Origin: an uncultured Verrucomicrobiae bacterium
GTDB taxonomy: Bacteria; Verrucomicrobiota; Verrucomicrobiia; Chthoniobacterales; Chthoniobacteraceae
Direction: 5' to 3'
Length of the DNA: 64,000 nucleotides
NCBI GenBank assembly: GCA_963769025.1
Contig: CAVYKI010000009.1
Coordinates: forward strand, 512,001 to 576,000
The notes under the pieces were generated by a model. That model was not told where the DNA came from, made no database searches, and worked only from the letters and a program-made list of their open reading frames with translations. Within the stretch, counting starts at the first letter, position 1. Each line of letters begins with the position of its first letter. Shown piece after piece: positions 10,009 to 20,285 of the stretch. The position numbers and the translations under genes were made by a program.

Positions 10009-12290
10009 GATGTGAGCATGGTGATGGGTGCGCGCCGTCGGCGCGGGTGAGTTCGGCGAGCGAGAGGTAGAAGGCGAGGCTCGATTCCGCGCCCTGGTTT
10101 TGGTTGAGGTGATCCTGCAGGAGCGCGTCGCGGCAGCCGCCGGTCGTGGGATCGTAGAGCGGCTGGCCGAGATCGTTGCGGCCGAGGAACCACTCGAAGC
10201 AGCGCTGCGCCGCGCTTGCGCCAGAACTCATCGCGCGTGACGGCGAAAGGCCTCGAGGCACGCGGAGACCATCGCGTGCGCCTCCAGCGGCTGCTGATCG
10301 AAGCGCGCCCGCTCGCCGCCGCGCGCCCAGAAGCCGTGGCAGCCGATCGGCGCGAAGTGCCCGCCCTCCGCCGTCTGCGCCTCGAGCAGCCAGCGCAGCG
10401 AGGACGAGGCCGATCTCGAGCATCTCGCCGCTGCGAGGTCCAGTGGCCGCTCAGGATCAGCGCGTGCGAGAGCTTCGCGTTGTCGTAGGTGGCGATGCGC
10501 TCGAACCATTGCCAGTCGGGCGTCGAGTTCGCGCGGAACAAGTCCGCGAGCATGTTCGGCGAGCACATCGCGCATCTGGCTGACCACGCGGTCGCCGGAG
10601 AAGGTGCGCAGATATTCGTGAATGGCGAGCAGCGCAAACGCCCACGCGCGCGGTGAACTGAAGCGCGCCACCGGCGGCAGCCCGCGCTGAAAGAGCAGCG
10701 CGCAGAGATTGCGATGACCTTCATTCTGCGAGCGCCCGAGCGCCGTGCCGACCGCCCAGAGGGCGCGCGCGTGGCTGTCTTCCGAGCCCGTGCGTTCGAG
10801 CCACTCTCGCTCGTGGCTCATGAAATTGCGAAAGCGGCAGGTGTTCGCATCGAAGGCGTACCACAGGAACGCGAGATAGCTGCTCGCCAGCCGGTCGAGT
10901 TCCGGCTGCGGGCCGCCCATTTCCTGCAGCAGCACGGTGAAGATGAAGGCGCGCGCGTTGTCGTCCGTGCAATAGCCCTCGTGGTAGTTCGGCACGTTGT
11001 AGATCGCGTGCTGAAAGATGCCGGTGTGATCGCTCATCTTGAAGAGGTGATCGAGCTTCAGCGGCGGCATCGGGTAGTTCGCGTTCTCGACCTTGCGCAC
11101 CGCCGCCGTCTCGACGGAGGGCACGCTCAGGCTGGCGCGCGCCGCTCAAAGCTCTCCATGTAGCGCCGCGCCACCACCGGCCAGATCATCTCGCGGCCGG
11201 CTTTCCACGCGCGCTTGCGCATCGCGGTCATCAGCGTCGGGTTCGAGAGGAAATGGTTCACGCCCTCCGCGATGGCCGCGCGCATCGCGAAACGGCACGA
11301 GGATGCCGCGTTCCTCGGCGAGCAGTTCCTGCGCGTGCCAGTAGGGCGTCGAGATGATCGCCTTGCCCGCGCCGAACGTGTAGGCCAGCGTGCCGGAGGT
11401 GATCTGCGCTTCATTGAGATAGGGCGTGATGTAGATGTCCGCCGCGCCGATGAATTCCTTCAGCTCCTCGAGCGTCACGAAGCGGTTGTGGAAGATGACG
11501 CTGTCCGCGACGCCGCGTTCCGCGGCCAGCCGCTCGAGCTTCTCGCCGGTAGGCCTCGCCTTCGTGCGCGATCAGGTGCGGATGCGTCGCGCCGAGCACG
11601 ATGATAGACGACGTTCGGATGCCGCTCGAGAATCGCCGGCATCGCCTCGATCACGTACTCGATGCCCTTGTTCGGCGAGAGCAGGCCGAAGGTGAGCAGC
11701 ACGGTCTTGCCCTCCACGCCGAAGAGGTCCTTGTAGAAGTTCGAGTCGATGAACGGCATGTCGATCACGCCGTGCGGGATGAGATCGATCTTCTCCGGCG
11801 CCACGCCATAGACCGTCTCCAGCAGGTCGCGCCCGCGCTCGGCCATCACGATGAAGCGGTTGGAGAGCAGATCGAGCTGCTCCATCACCGCGCGCTGATC
11901 GTCGTTCGGCTCGCTGCAGCACGGTGTGCAGCGTCGTCACCACCGGCATCCGCACCTCGCGCAGAAAGCCGAGCAGATGACTGCCCGCCGGCGCCGCCGT
12001 AGATGCCGAACTCATGCTGCACGGAGACGACCTCGACATTGTTGATGTTGAGGAATTCCGCCGCGCGCCGGTAGGAGTCGAGTTCCTGCTCAGCGATCTC
12101 GAAGCGCACGCGCTCCGGATAGTCGTAGCCCTCCGGCCGATCGTTCACCGAACCGACGATGCACTGCGCCTGCGGGAAACTCCGCGGCGATGGCCTCGCA
12201 AATGTCCGCCGTGAAAGTGGCGATGCCGCAGCGTCGCGGCACGTAGTCGCCGAGAAAGGCGATGTGTTTGGTATTGAGGGTTGGTTCCAT
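9996..12290 (-). CDS. GT4 glycosyltransferase with C-terminal alpha/alpha-barrel-like domain, multiple frameshifts
   Basis: PRRCGIATFT, QHEFGIYGG, TFGLLSPNKGIE, SGTLAY, GYCTDDNARA, FDQQPLEA, NQGAES. Confidence 0.85.
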
Positions 12291-12450
12291 GCGCTTCGAG
12301 ATCGGTTGATTTCGAGCGCCTCACGATGGCAGCGACCTGTCACCCGCCGACAAGTGGCAAGCAGTCCTGGACGAAACATCCGACCTTCGTCCGTGAACCC
12401 ATCCGCGTCAACCTGCCCGACGCGCGGCGGTTGTTTTCCACCGCCTCGGG

Positions 12451-14184
12451 CTACAGGTGCGCGAGCGCTCCCTGCACGGGCGCCGATGTGCGCATCGGCT
12501 GCATGGCGGCTTCGGCGGCGCGCTTGCGCTCGACCTCGGCCATGGGGTCCACATTGGAAAAACGCAGACGGGCGAGGGCGGCGAGCCAGTTCAGCGGGTC
12601 GCGCCACATGGAGACCTTTTTGCCCTCCTTGAAGGAACGCGAGCGGTAGTTCACGGGGATCTCGACGGGCGTGTAGCCTTTTTGCATGAGGCGGATGAGG
12701 AGCTCGTAGTCGAAGTCGAAGCGGTTGCACGTGAAGCGCAGGCCGTGGAGGCAGTCGCGGCGGAAGACCTTGAACATCGTGAACGGGTCGCGGAGGCGTT
12801 TCCAAAAGAGCACGTTGATGAGGGTGGTGAAGAACCAGTGGCCGACATTCAGGAACGTGCTGAGGCTGCGCTGGCCGGTGAACTGGCGCATCTTCCAGAG
12901 GTTGCGCCCGCCGTGGCGGGAGCCGAGGACGAAGGCGTGCCGCCCGCTGACGAGCGGCGCGACGAGGGATTCGTAGTCCTCGAGATCGTATTCCAGGTCG
13001 GCGTCCTGGATGAGCACGTAGGTGCCGGTCGCGGCGGCGAGCCCGGCGCGGACGGCATGGCCCTTCCCGCGCGGCTTTTCCTCGAAGATGAGCTTCACTC
13101 GTGGGTGCTCGGCGTATTGCCGGACGAGTTCGCGCGTGCCGTCGGTGGAGTTGCTTTCGACGACGATGATCTCAATGTCCATCCCGGCGATTTCCTTGGC
13201 GATGAGCGCGTCCATCATCGGGCGCAAAGTGGCGGCCTCATTGAACGCGGGGACGACGACGGAAAGGCGCGGCCGGACGGCGGCGGCCTTGCGGCAGAAG
13301 ACCATCATGCCGCTGGCGACGACGCGGCGGCCCTTTTTCTTCGTGGAAGAGGGAAGGAACTTGCCGAGAGCGCGGAGCGCGGGCGTGACCATCGGGACGG
13401 GGAACTTTTCAAAGTGCGCCTTCACGTAGTCGAAGCTGAGGATTTTCCACCCCGGCTGGACGAGCACGTTCTGGAAACCGGCCTTCAGCAGCGCGGTCTG
13501 GATGTTCTCCTTGTTGAAATAGGTGAGGTGCTCGGGCTTCCACTCCATCCAGCGTTCCTTCATCACGCGCGCACTCCATGAGTCGAGGCACGGCGTGGCG
13601 ATGAAGAGCGCGCCGCCGGGGCGGAGGACGCGGCGCACTTCGCGCAGGAAGGCGAGGGGATCGCGGACGTGCTCGATGACGTCGTTGAGCACGCATACGT
13701 CGAAATGGGATTCGGGCAGCTTCGCGTCGGCGAGTTCGCCCTGCTCGACGCGTCCGCGCTTCAGGCGGTCGTTGGCGGTCGCGCACGCGGCCTCGGAATA
13801 TTCCACGCCGAGCACCTCGTAGCCGGCGGACTCGGCCTCGGAGAGAAAGTCACCCTCGCCGCAGCCGACTTCGAGCAGGCGTCCGGAAGGGGTGCCGTTG
13901 TAGCGGGCGAGTTCGGCGAGATACTGGCGTGCGGTGGCGCGCTTGAGTTCCGCGGCATTGCGCCGGCCCTCCTCGGATCCGTGGCCGAGGAAATAGTCCT
14001 TCGTGTAAATTTGCGCGAGCTCCGCGTCGCTCGGCTGGGGATTGAGGAACATCAGGGCGCAGTCCTCGCAACGCATGACGCGATGCGACTGGTGCGAAAA
14101 GGAATACGAGAGCCGGTTGCTGCCGCAGATGGAGCACTCGCTGCGGAGAGCGGGGCGGGGAAGGGCTTTGTTGGGCGCGTGCAT
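12451..14184 (-). CDS. SAM methyltransferase (Zn-ribbon N-terminus) fused to GT2 (DPM-synthase-like)
   Basis: CxxC pairs, LLEVGCGEG, DVIEHV; then SVVVPAFNE, RGKGHAV, QDADLEY. Confidence 0.9.
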   Translation of the reverse strand: MHAPNKALPRPALRSECSICGSNRLSYSFSHQSHRVMRCEDCALMFLNPQPSDAELAQIYTKDYFLGHGSEEGRRNAAELKRATARQYLAELARYNGTPSGRLLEVGCGEGDFLSEAESAGYEVLGVEYSEAACATANDRLKRGRVEQGELADAKLPESHFDVCVLNDVIEHVRDPLAFLREVRRVLRPGGALFIATPCLDSWSARVMKERWMEWKPEHLTYFNKENIQTALLKAGFQNVLVQPGWKILSFDYVKAHFEKFPVPMVTPALRALGKFLPSSTKKKGRRVVASGMMVFCRKAAAVRPRLSVVVPAFNEAATLRPMMDALIAKEIAGMDIEIIVVESNSTDGTRELVRQYAEHPRVKLIFEEKPRGKGHAVRAGLAAATGTYVLIQDADLEYDLEDYESLVAPLVSGRHAFVLGSRHGGRNLWKMRQFTGQRSLSTFLNVGHWFFTTLINVLFWKRLRDPFTMFKVFRRDCLHGLRFTCNRFDFDYELLIRLMQKGYTPVEIPVNYRSRSFKEGKKVSMWRDPLNWLAALARLRFSNVDPMAEVERKRAAEAAMQPMRTSAPVQGALAHL

Positions 14185-14258
14185 GCGTTGGGTCCCTCCC
14201 ACCTGAGCAGCCACTGTACCATCACGCCCCGGCACACCGACTGCTAAGGAAGCCGCAG

Positions 14259-15482
14259 ATGCGTCCCAACCACCTTGTTTTCCTCGCGGCCTTCATCGCG
14301 CTCGCCGCGAAGCTCTGGATCGCGAGCACCACCCTCGGGACGACGGACGCGTTCCTTTTCGGCGTCTTTGGCCAGGTGATTGAGAAGCGCGGACTCGGCT
14401 ACGCCTACGAACATGTCCGCCTTTTCAACCACACGCCGCTCATCGGCGAGTGGGCGGCCTGGCTCTTTAGAGCCAGCGATGGAAAAGTGCAGGACTACGC
14501 GCTTTCCCTGCGGGTGCCGGGCATCGTCGCGGATTTCCTTTCGGTGCTCATCCTGCTGCGGCTCCGGCAAAAGACGGGACGTCCGCCGGTGTGGGCGCTC
14601 GTGCTTTTTGCCCTGAGCCCGGTGTCGCTGATGGTCTCCGGGTACCACGGAAATGTGGACCCGGTGCTCGCCGTGATGCTGCTCGTGGCGGCGTGGATGT
14701 GCGTGGAGGAAAAGCCGCTGCTGTGCGGGATCGCGCTCGGCCTTGCCTGCCAGGTGAAGGTCGCGCCGCTCCTCGTCGCGCCCGTCTTCGCGGCATACTG
14801 GTGGCCTCGGAAAAAATTCATCGTGTTTGGCGCCGCTGCGTCCCTGCTGACGCTGGCTGGCTGGGCGCCGGCGCTCCTCCTCGCGCCGGAGGCGTTTCTC
14901 AGGAATGTCCTCGGCTACTCGGGCTATTGGGGGATCTGGGGATGGAGCTATTGCCTTCGCGCCTCTGGGAACGGAATGTTCCAGACCGTCGGCATGATCG
15001 ACCTCCACTCCGCCCAGACGCTCGCGATGGCAGCGACGAAATACTTCATCATCGGCGCGGCCCTGTGGCTCTCGTGGCGTCGCCGGCGGGATGATGTATT
15101 CTTCACGCTCGCCGGCGTGTGGGCTGTGTTTTTTGTTTTCGCCGCAGGGATCGCGCCGCAGTACTTCGTCTGGTTGGCACCGTTCATCCTGATGACCTCG
15201 CCGCGCTGGTACGCCGCGCTCACGGCCGCGAGCGCGGTTTATCTGTTCGCATTCTACAATGTGATTTCGGGCGGGCTCCCATGGAGCCGCGGGATATCCC
15301 AGAACCATCACATCCCACTCTGGGGCCCGTGGAATCTGGTGCTGTGGCTCACCCTCATTGCATTCCTGAACTGGCTCGCCCCGCGGTTGCGGAAGACATC
15401 ACCGATTCCCGCGCCGGATGCATCCCGCGCAGCGGAAGCGTCGCCCCTGATCCCGGGCACCTCCGTGCAGGCAGCGCCCTGA
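14259..15482 (+). CDS. Membrane GT-C fold glycosyltransferase (GT87/DUF2029-like)
   Basis: Many TM segments; FNHTPL, HGNVD, PQYFVW. Confidence 0.7.
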   Translation: MRPNHLVFLAAFIALAAKLWIASTTLGTTDAFLFGVFGQVIEKRGLGYAYEHVRLFNHTPLIGEWAAWLFRASDGKVQDYALSLRVPGIVADFLSVLILLRLRQKTGRPPVWALVLFALSPVSLMVSGYHGNVDPVLAVMLLVAAWMCVEEKPLLCGIALGLACQVKVAPLLVAPVFAAYWWPRKKFIVFGAAASLLTLAGWAPALLLAPEAFLRNVLGYSGYWGIWGWSYCLRASGNGMFQTVGMIDLHSAQTLAMAATKYFIIGAALWLSWRRRRDDVFFTLAGVWAVFFVFAAGIAPQYFVWLAPFILMTSPRWYAALTAASAVYLFAFYNVISGGLPWSRGISQNHHIPLWGPWNLVLWLTLIAFLNWLAPRLRKTSPIPAPDASRAAEASPLIPGTSVQAAP

Positions 15483-15566
15483 CGCTTTTGCCAAAGCGAC
15501 CCGCCGAGTGCGCGGAGAGGGGAATTGCCGTGCATCGGGCGGCGTCGGGCAGGAAGATTGCTATGA

Positions 15567-16988
15567 GTGTCTGATAACAGCCCAACCATGCACGCCCACG
15601 CTCAGCCTAGCGCACCGGTGCCCGTCCTCACGTGGCGCACCTTCTGGATCCTTTTTGCCCTCATCGCCAGCGTCGGCGCGGCCGTCCGCATCAGCGATTC
15701 CGCCGCATTTCGCCGCACGGGGTTCGATGAAATCCTCTACCGGCGCTACGTGAACATGATGGACGGCGGCAAGCAGACCGTCGGCGTTTTCCAGCGAGAC
15801 CACTCGCTGAAGGGCTACGCAATGACACTGAATGGCACCGGCGCCGGGACGATGCCGGGCCTGGTGGATTTCTTCCTGCAGACGCAACGCCCCGAGGGAA
15901 CCGAGTGTGAACTGCCCCCGACGCGCTTCCTTTACATCTACACTTCGTGGCTGTGGAAAAGCGTGCAGTTCGGAGCCGAGCCGCCGCTTTCCATGGCGGA
16001 AATGCAGAAGCCCATCGTCGAGGACGATCGCTCGAAGGACGCCGATCATCGCGACCCGGCGCTCGCGTCACTGCACCGGGTGTCGTGCCTCTTCTCCGTG
16101 CTGCTGATGCTCGCGGGCGGCGTCTTCGCCATGCGGATGCTCGGCAAGGGCGCCGGTCTCGGCGTGCTCGCGCTCATGGCGTTTGATCCGCTGCAGATCC
16201 ACTTCAGCCAGCACGCGCTCATCGATGGGTTCTTCACCTTCTGGGCCGTGATGTGCATGTGGACGACGTGGGAGTGCCTGCGCAATCCGCGCAGCGTCCC
16301 GTGGCTGGTGGCACACACCGTTTGCCTCGCGCTGATGGTGATGACGAAGGAAAACGCCTTCTTCGTGTACTGCGCGCTCGCCGTCGTCGTGCTTTCGAAC
16401 CGCTGGATCCAGTTCGGCAGCGTCACTCGGCGCTTCCTCCTCGTCAGCATCGCGGGACCGCTGCTCGGCGTCGCCGTCCTCGTGCTGCTCTCCGGCGGAA
16501 TCGGGCCGTTCATCGAAGTGTACCAGACGCTCGTGGCAAAGGCGCAGGGCCTCGCTTATGCGCGGCTCACCGGAGACGGGCCGTGGCACCGTTACCTCAT
16601 CGACTTGCTCATCGTGAGTCCCATCGTCGTCTGCCTCGCTCTCGGCGCGCTTTTCGCGGTCGTGCCGCGGCGAAAGGAACTCGCGTTCTTCGCCGTCTTC
16701 GTCGCCGCGAGCTACCTCATCATGTGCAATGTCCGCTACGGCATGAATCTCCGCTACGCTTCCATCTGGGAACTCCCGCTGCGGGCCGCGGCATTCTGCA
16801 TGATCTGGCAAATGTGCGCGCGCTTCGGCCATCGCCAGTGGCTCGCAACCACCGTCGCCATCGTCGCGCTCTGCGGCTACGAGATCCGGCAGTACACGAT
16901 CCTCGCCACGAACCCCGCGCTCCCGCTCTACGAAACCGTGCCCGCCGACTTGCTGAGGCTGCAGAAGGTCATCAAGGCCGCGCCGTAG
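15567..16988 (+). CDS. Membrane GT-C fold glycosyltransferase (GT39/ArnT-like)
   Basis: FDE after first TM, many TMs, TKEN, RY motif. Confidence 0.7.
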   Translation: MSDNSPTMHAHAQPSAPVPVLTWRTFWILFALIASVGAAVRISDSAAFRRTGFDEILYRRYVNMMDGGKQTVGVFQRDHSLKGYAMTLNGTGAGTMPGLVDFFLQTQRPEGTECELPPTRFLYIYTSWLWKSVQFGAEPPLSMAEMQKPIVEDDRSKDADHRDPALASLHRVSCLFSVLLMLAGGVFAMRMLGKGAGLGVLALMAFDPLQIHFSQHALIDGFFTFWAVMCMWTTWECLRNPRSVPWLVAHTVCLALMVMTKENAFFVYCALAVVVLSNRWIQFGSVTRRFLLVSIAGPLLGVAVLVLLSGGIGPFIEVYQTLVAKAQGLAYARLTGDGPWHRYLIDLLIVSPIVVCLALGALFAVVPRRKELAFFAVFVAASYLIMCNVRYGMNLRYASIWELPLRAAAFCMIWQMCARFGHRQWLATTVAIVALCGYEIRQYTILATNPALPLYETVPADLLRLQKVIKAAP

Positions 16989-17043
16989 GCGGGCTTTCTC
17001 AAACCCCGCGACGCAAAGCTAGACCAGAGCGGCGGTTCCGGTA

Positions 17044-18582
17044 ATGATGCCCCAAATGTCCGAGCCGACCACCGTGGCGCAGAAGCGCGTCCTCATTTTC
17101 ATCGTCGCCTACAACGCGGAGACGACCATCAGCAGTGTCCTTAACCGCATTCCGCCCTCGCTGCACCGCCCGGGAGTGGAGGTGCTCATCATCGATGATT
17201 CCTCAAAGGACAGCACCTTCGCCACCGGCCTGAAACACGAGAATCGCGAGGGCGATTTCCGCATCACCATCCTCCGCAACCCCGAGAACCAGCGTTACGG
17301 CGGCAACCAGAAACTCGGCTACCGCTACGCCATCGACAACGGCTTCGACATCGTCGCGCTCGTCCACGGCGACGGCCAGTATGCTCCGGAAAAGCTGCCC
17401 GACCTCATCGAGCCATTCCTCAAGGACGAGGCCGACGCCGTTTTCGGCTCCCGCATGATGCGCAAGCAGGACGCGCTCTCCGGCGGAATGCCGCTCTACA
17501 AATGGATCGGCAACCAGGTGCTCACGGCGTTCGAGAATTTCGTCCTCGGCACGAATCTCAGCGAATTTCACAGCGGCTACCGTCTCTACTCCGTCGCGGC
17601 GCTGAAGAAGCTGCCCTTCGAGCGCAACGCAAACGACTTTCACTTCGACACCGACATCATCATCCAGCTCCACTTTGCCGGGATGCGCATCGTCGAACTG
17701 CCGATCCCCACTTTCTACGGCGACGAGATCTGCCGCGTGAATGGCGTGAAGTACGCGCTCGACTGCTGCCGGGCTGTCGTCCGCGCAAAGCTGCACAGCA
17801 AGAATCTGCTCTACGATCGCAAGTTTGACGTCGGCCCCGTCGAGGAGACCTACGACCTGAAGCTCGGTTACGACAGCAGTCACGAGCGCGCAATTCAGTC
17901 CGTCCGGCCCGGCGCGCGGTTGCTGGACATCGGCTGCGGTCGCGGCTACGTCGCCGAACTCATGGCGGAAAAGGCCTCCCACGTCACCGGTCTCGACCAG
18001 TATTCGCCCGAGAAGGGCGGGAAGCCGAACGTGGATTACCGCAAGTGGGACATCGAAGCTGAGCCCGTCCCGGTGGATGTCTCCGACTACGATCAGGTCT
18101 TCATGCTCGACATCATAGAGCACCTGAAGGACCCGGAGGCATTCATGGAAATGCTCCGCGCAAAGGCCATCCACAAGCGCCCCGAGATCATCCTCACCAC
18201 CGCGAACATCGCCTTTCTCGTCACGCGCCTCATGCTGCTGTTCGGGCAGTTCAACTACGGCCGGAAGGGCATTCTCGACCGCACGCACACGCGTCTTTTC
18301 ACATGGCAGTCGCTCCGCGAACTCTTCGAGCAGACCGGCTACCACGTCCTCGAAATCCGCGGCATCCCGGCGCCATTCCCAAAAGTCGTCGGCAACGGCG
18401 TCCTCGGGAAGGTCATCATGGCGATCAACGGATTCTTCGTCCGGCTCTGGGGCTTCCGCAGCCTGTTCAGCTACCAGATCTACGTCCGCGCCAAGGCCCA
18501 TCCCACGGTGCCAAACCTCCTCGATCAGACCATTTCATCGAGCGAAAAACTGCGCGAGGAGATCAAGCTGCAGGCTGTGTAG
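17044..18582 (+). CDS. GT2 fused to a C-terminal SAM methyltransferase
   Basis: AYNAE, IDDSSKD, YGGNQKLGY, HGDGQY; LLDIGCGRG, GILDRTH. Confidence 0.9.
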   Translation: MMPQMSEPTTVAQKRVLIFIVAYNAETTISSVLNRIPPSLHRPGVEVLIIDDSSKDSTFATGLKHENREGDFRITILRNPENQRYGGNQKLGYRYAIDNGFDIVALVHGDGQYAPEKLPDLIEPFLKDEADAVFGSRMMRKQDALSGGMPLYKWIGNQVLTAFENFVLGTNLSEFHSGYRLYSVAALKKLPFERNANDFHFDTDIIIQLHFAGMRIVELPIPTFYGDEICRVNGVKYALDCCRAVVRAKLHSKNLLYDRKFDVGPVEETYDLKLGYDSSHERAIQSVRPGARLLDIGCGRGYVAELMAEKASHVTGLDQYSPEKGGKPNVDYRKWDIEAEPVPVDVSDYDQVFMLDIIEHLKDPEAFMEMLRAKAIHKRPEIILTTANIAFLVTRLMLLFGQFNYGRKGILDRTHTRLFTWQSLRELFEQTGYHVLEIRGIPAPFPKVVGNGVLGKVIMAINGFFVRLWGFRSLFSYQIYVRAKAHPTVPNLLDQTISSSEKLREEIKLQAV

Positions 18583-18659
18583 CGGGCACCGCGCGGCAGT
18601 CGCTCGACTCTTCTGCAAAACGTCGCCGGAAGTTTCCGCGCAGCAATTGCGTCATGCGC

Positions 18660-19043
18660 CTAAGCCTGGTCCGGGAGCCAGTCGTGACCGAACATCCCGA
18701 GCATGAAAAAATACGCCAGGACTGCCGCGAACGCAGTTCCGAGCAGCCAGAGGGCGAACCGGTATCGCCGCCACGGTTCGCGGAAATCGGAAAACTGCAC
18801 GAGCGCCTCGACGAGATAGGCGGCGCAGTAGGCGACGTTTGCGAGCACGGCCAGCATGAATGCATGGAGCGCCAAATCGAGGTTCAGTGCTTTTGCCGAA
18901 GCGGGCCATCGGCGTGCAAACTCCAGCAGCACCACCGCAGCGAGCACGAGGTTGTAAAAAAGCCGCCGCCATTCCCAGAATCTCAGCGCGTCGGAGAGGA
19001 TTTCGCGGATGCCGGGTTTGCTGCTCGTCGTAATTTCGCTCAT
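18660..19043 (-). CDS. Small membrane protein
   Basis: WEWRRLFYNLVL followed by 3 TMs; overlaps the upstream stop (ATGA). Confidence 0.7.
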   Translation of the reverse strand: MSEITTSSKPGIREILSDALRFWEWRRLFYNLVLAAVVLLEFARRWPASAKALNLDLALHAFMLAVLANVAYCAAYLVEALVQFSDFREPWRRYRFALWLLGTAFAAVLAYFFMLGMFGHDWLPDQA

Positions 19044-20116
19044 GGGACGATGCGCAGCACGCGGTTGTTGTAGCTGTCGGTGATGTAGAGCATGCCGTCC
19101 GGAGCGATGGTCACGCCGTGGGGGCGTGCGAGTTCGCAGGCGAGCGGATCGCCGCCGAGACCCGAGTCGCCCTTTTTTCCCGTGCCCGCGACGCGTGTGA
19201 TGGTGCCGTCCTTCGGATTGAAGCGGCGGATGGTATGCGTCTCCGCATCGGCGATGATGACCGTCCCGTCCCGATCGAGGCAAAGGTGCTTCGGCCCGTT
19301 CATCGTCGCTTCCAATGCCGGGCCACCATCGCCGGAGAGCCCCGCCTTTCCAGTGCCAGCGACGGTGCGGATTGTTCCGGCGGCGTCCACGAAGCGCAGC
19401 GCATGTCCTCCGCGTTCGAGGATGTAAAAGGCCCCGTCGTCGGTGGCAACGACCGCACGCGGATCGATGAGCGGCGCGGTTTTCGCCGCGGTTCCATCCT
19501 CGGGTTTGCCGGCCTTGCCATTGCCCGCGACGGTCTCAACGATGCCCGTGGCGACCTCGATCCGGCGGATGCGCTTGTTGTCGATGTCAGCCAGGTAGAG
19601 GTGCTTCGCCGCGGGATCGAGCGCGATTTGGATGATGCTTCCGAAGTCCGCTTTCGCTGCAGGCCCGCCATCACCACTGAATCCCTTTTTTCCGGTCCCG
19701 GCAAAAGTAGTGATGATTCCAGTCCGCGCATTAATCCGCCGCACGCGAAAGTTCCACGTGTCAGAGAGGTAAATATCGCCATTCGGTGCCACCGCGATAT
19801 TGTGGACTCCGTTGAATTGCGCCTGTCGCGCGTCGCCGCCGTCGCCGGAAAATCCTTTCGCGCCCGTCCCGCCGATCACTTTCATCACACCCGCCTTGTC
19901 CACGCGGAGAAGGCGGTTGCCGGACACCATTTCGACGATCGCGAGCGTCCCATCCGGCAGAAACTCCGTGCCGAACGGTTCGCGCAGCACGCACTCCTTC
20001 GCTGGCGCGTTCGATTCCCGGATGCCGCCGCCCGCGACCAGTTCGATTTTCGCTGCGAAGGCGGTGACACCGAGAGTGAGAAGAGCGGCGAGGGCGGGGA
20101 GAAGGCGTGTGCGCAT
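19040..20116 (-). CDS. Secreted NHL-repeat protein
   Basis: Repeated AGTGxxGFSGDGGPA and YxxDxxNxRIRR. Confidence 0.9.
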   Translation of the reverse strand: MRTRLLPALAALLTLGVTAFAAKIELVAGGGIRESNAPAKECVLREPFGTEFLPDGTLAIVEMVSGNRLLRVDKAGVMKVIGGTGAKGFSGDGGDARQAQFNGVHNIAVAPNGDIYLSDTWNFRVRRINARTGIITTFAGTGKKGFSGDGGPAAKADFGSIIQIALDPAAKHLYLADIDNKRIRRIEVATGIVETVAGNGKAGKPEDGTAAKTAPLIDPRAVVATDDGAFYILERGGHALRFVDAAGTIRTVAGTGKAGLSGDGGPALEATMNGPKHLCLDRDGTVIIADAETHTIRRFNPKDGTITRVAGTGKKGDSGLGGDPLACELARPHGVTIAPDGMLYITDSYNNRVLRIVP

Positions 20117-20184
20117 GGCGGGAGCAAAGCAGGGGGGAAGGGCGGGAGTCAGTCGGAAATTTTGGCGAAGCCGCCGCGCATCGT

Positions 20185-20283
20185 CGTAGCCGCCGACGGA
20201 AGGAGGCGGGCTGATCCGCTTTTCCGTTCAAGATTTGCCGGGCCGCGTTGAAGAGTGCCCGCCTCCTGCCGTCGTCGGCTACG
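20185..20283. repeat. GTAG-family REP doublet (REPIN-like inverted repeat)
   Basis: cgtagccgccgacggaaggaggcgggc (20185-20211) and its reverse complement (20257-20283), 25/27 identical. Confidence 0.8.
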
Positions 20284-20285
20284 GA

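Noticed and set aside
7200..12300. Dense frameshifts read as pseudogenisation or programmed frameshifting (also ~20770, ~37600, ~48857, 53500-54900, 57180-58090)
   Set aside because: They cluster regionally, hit housekeeping genes such as hisC and leave motifs intact, which fits uncorrected long-read indel errors; raw reads would decide
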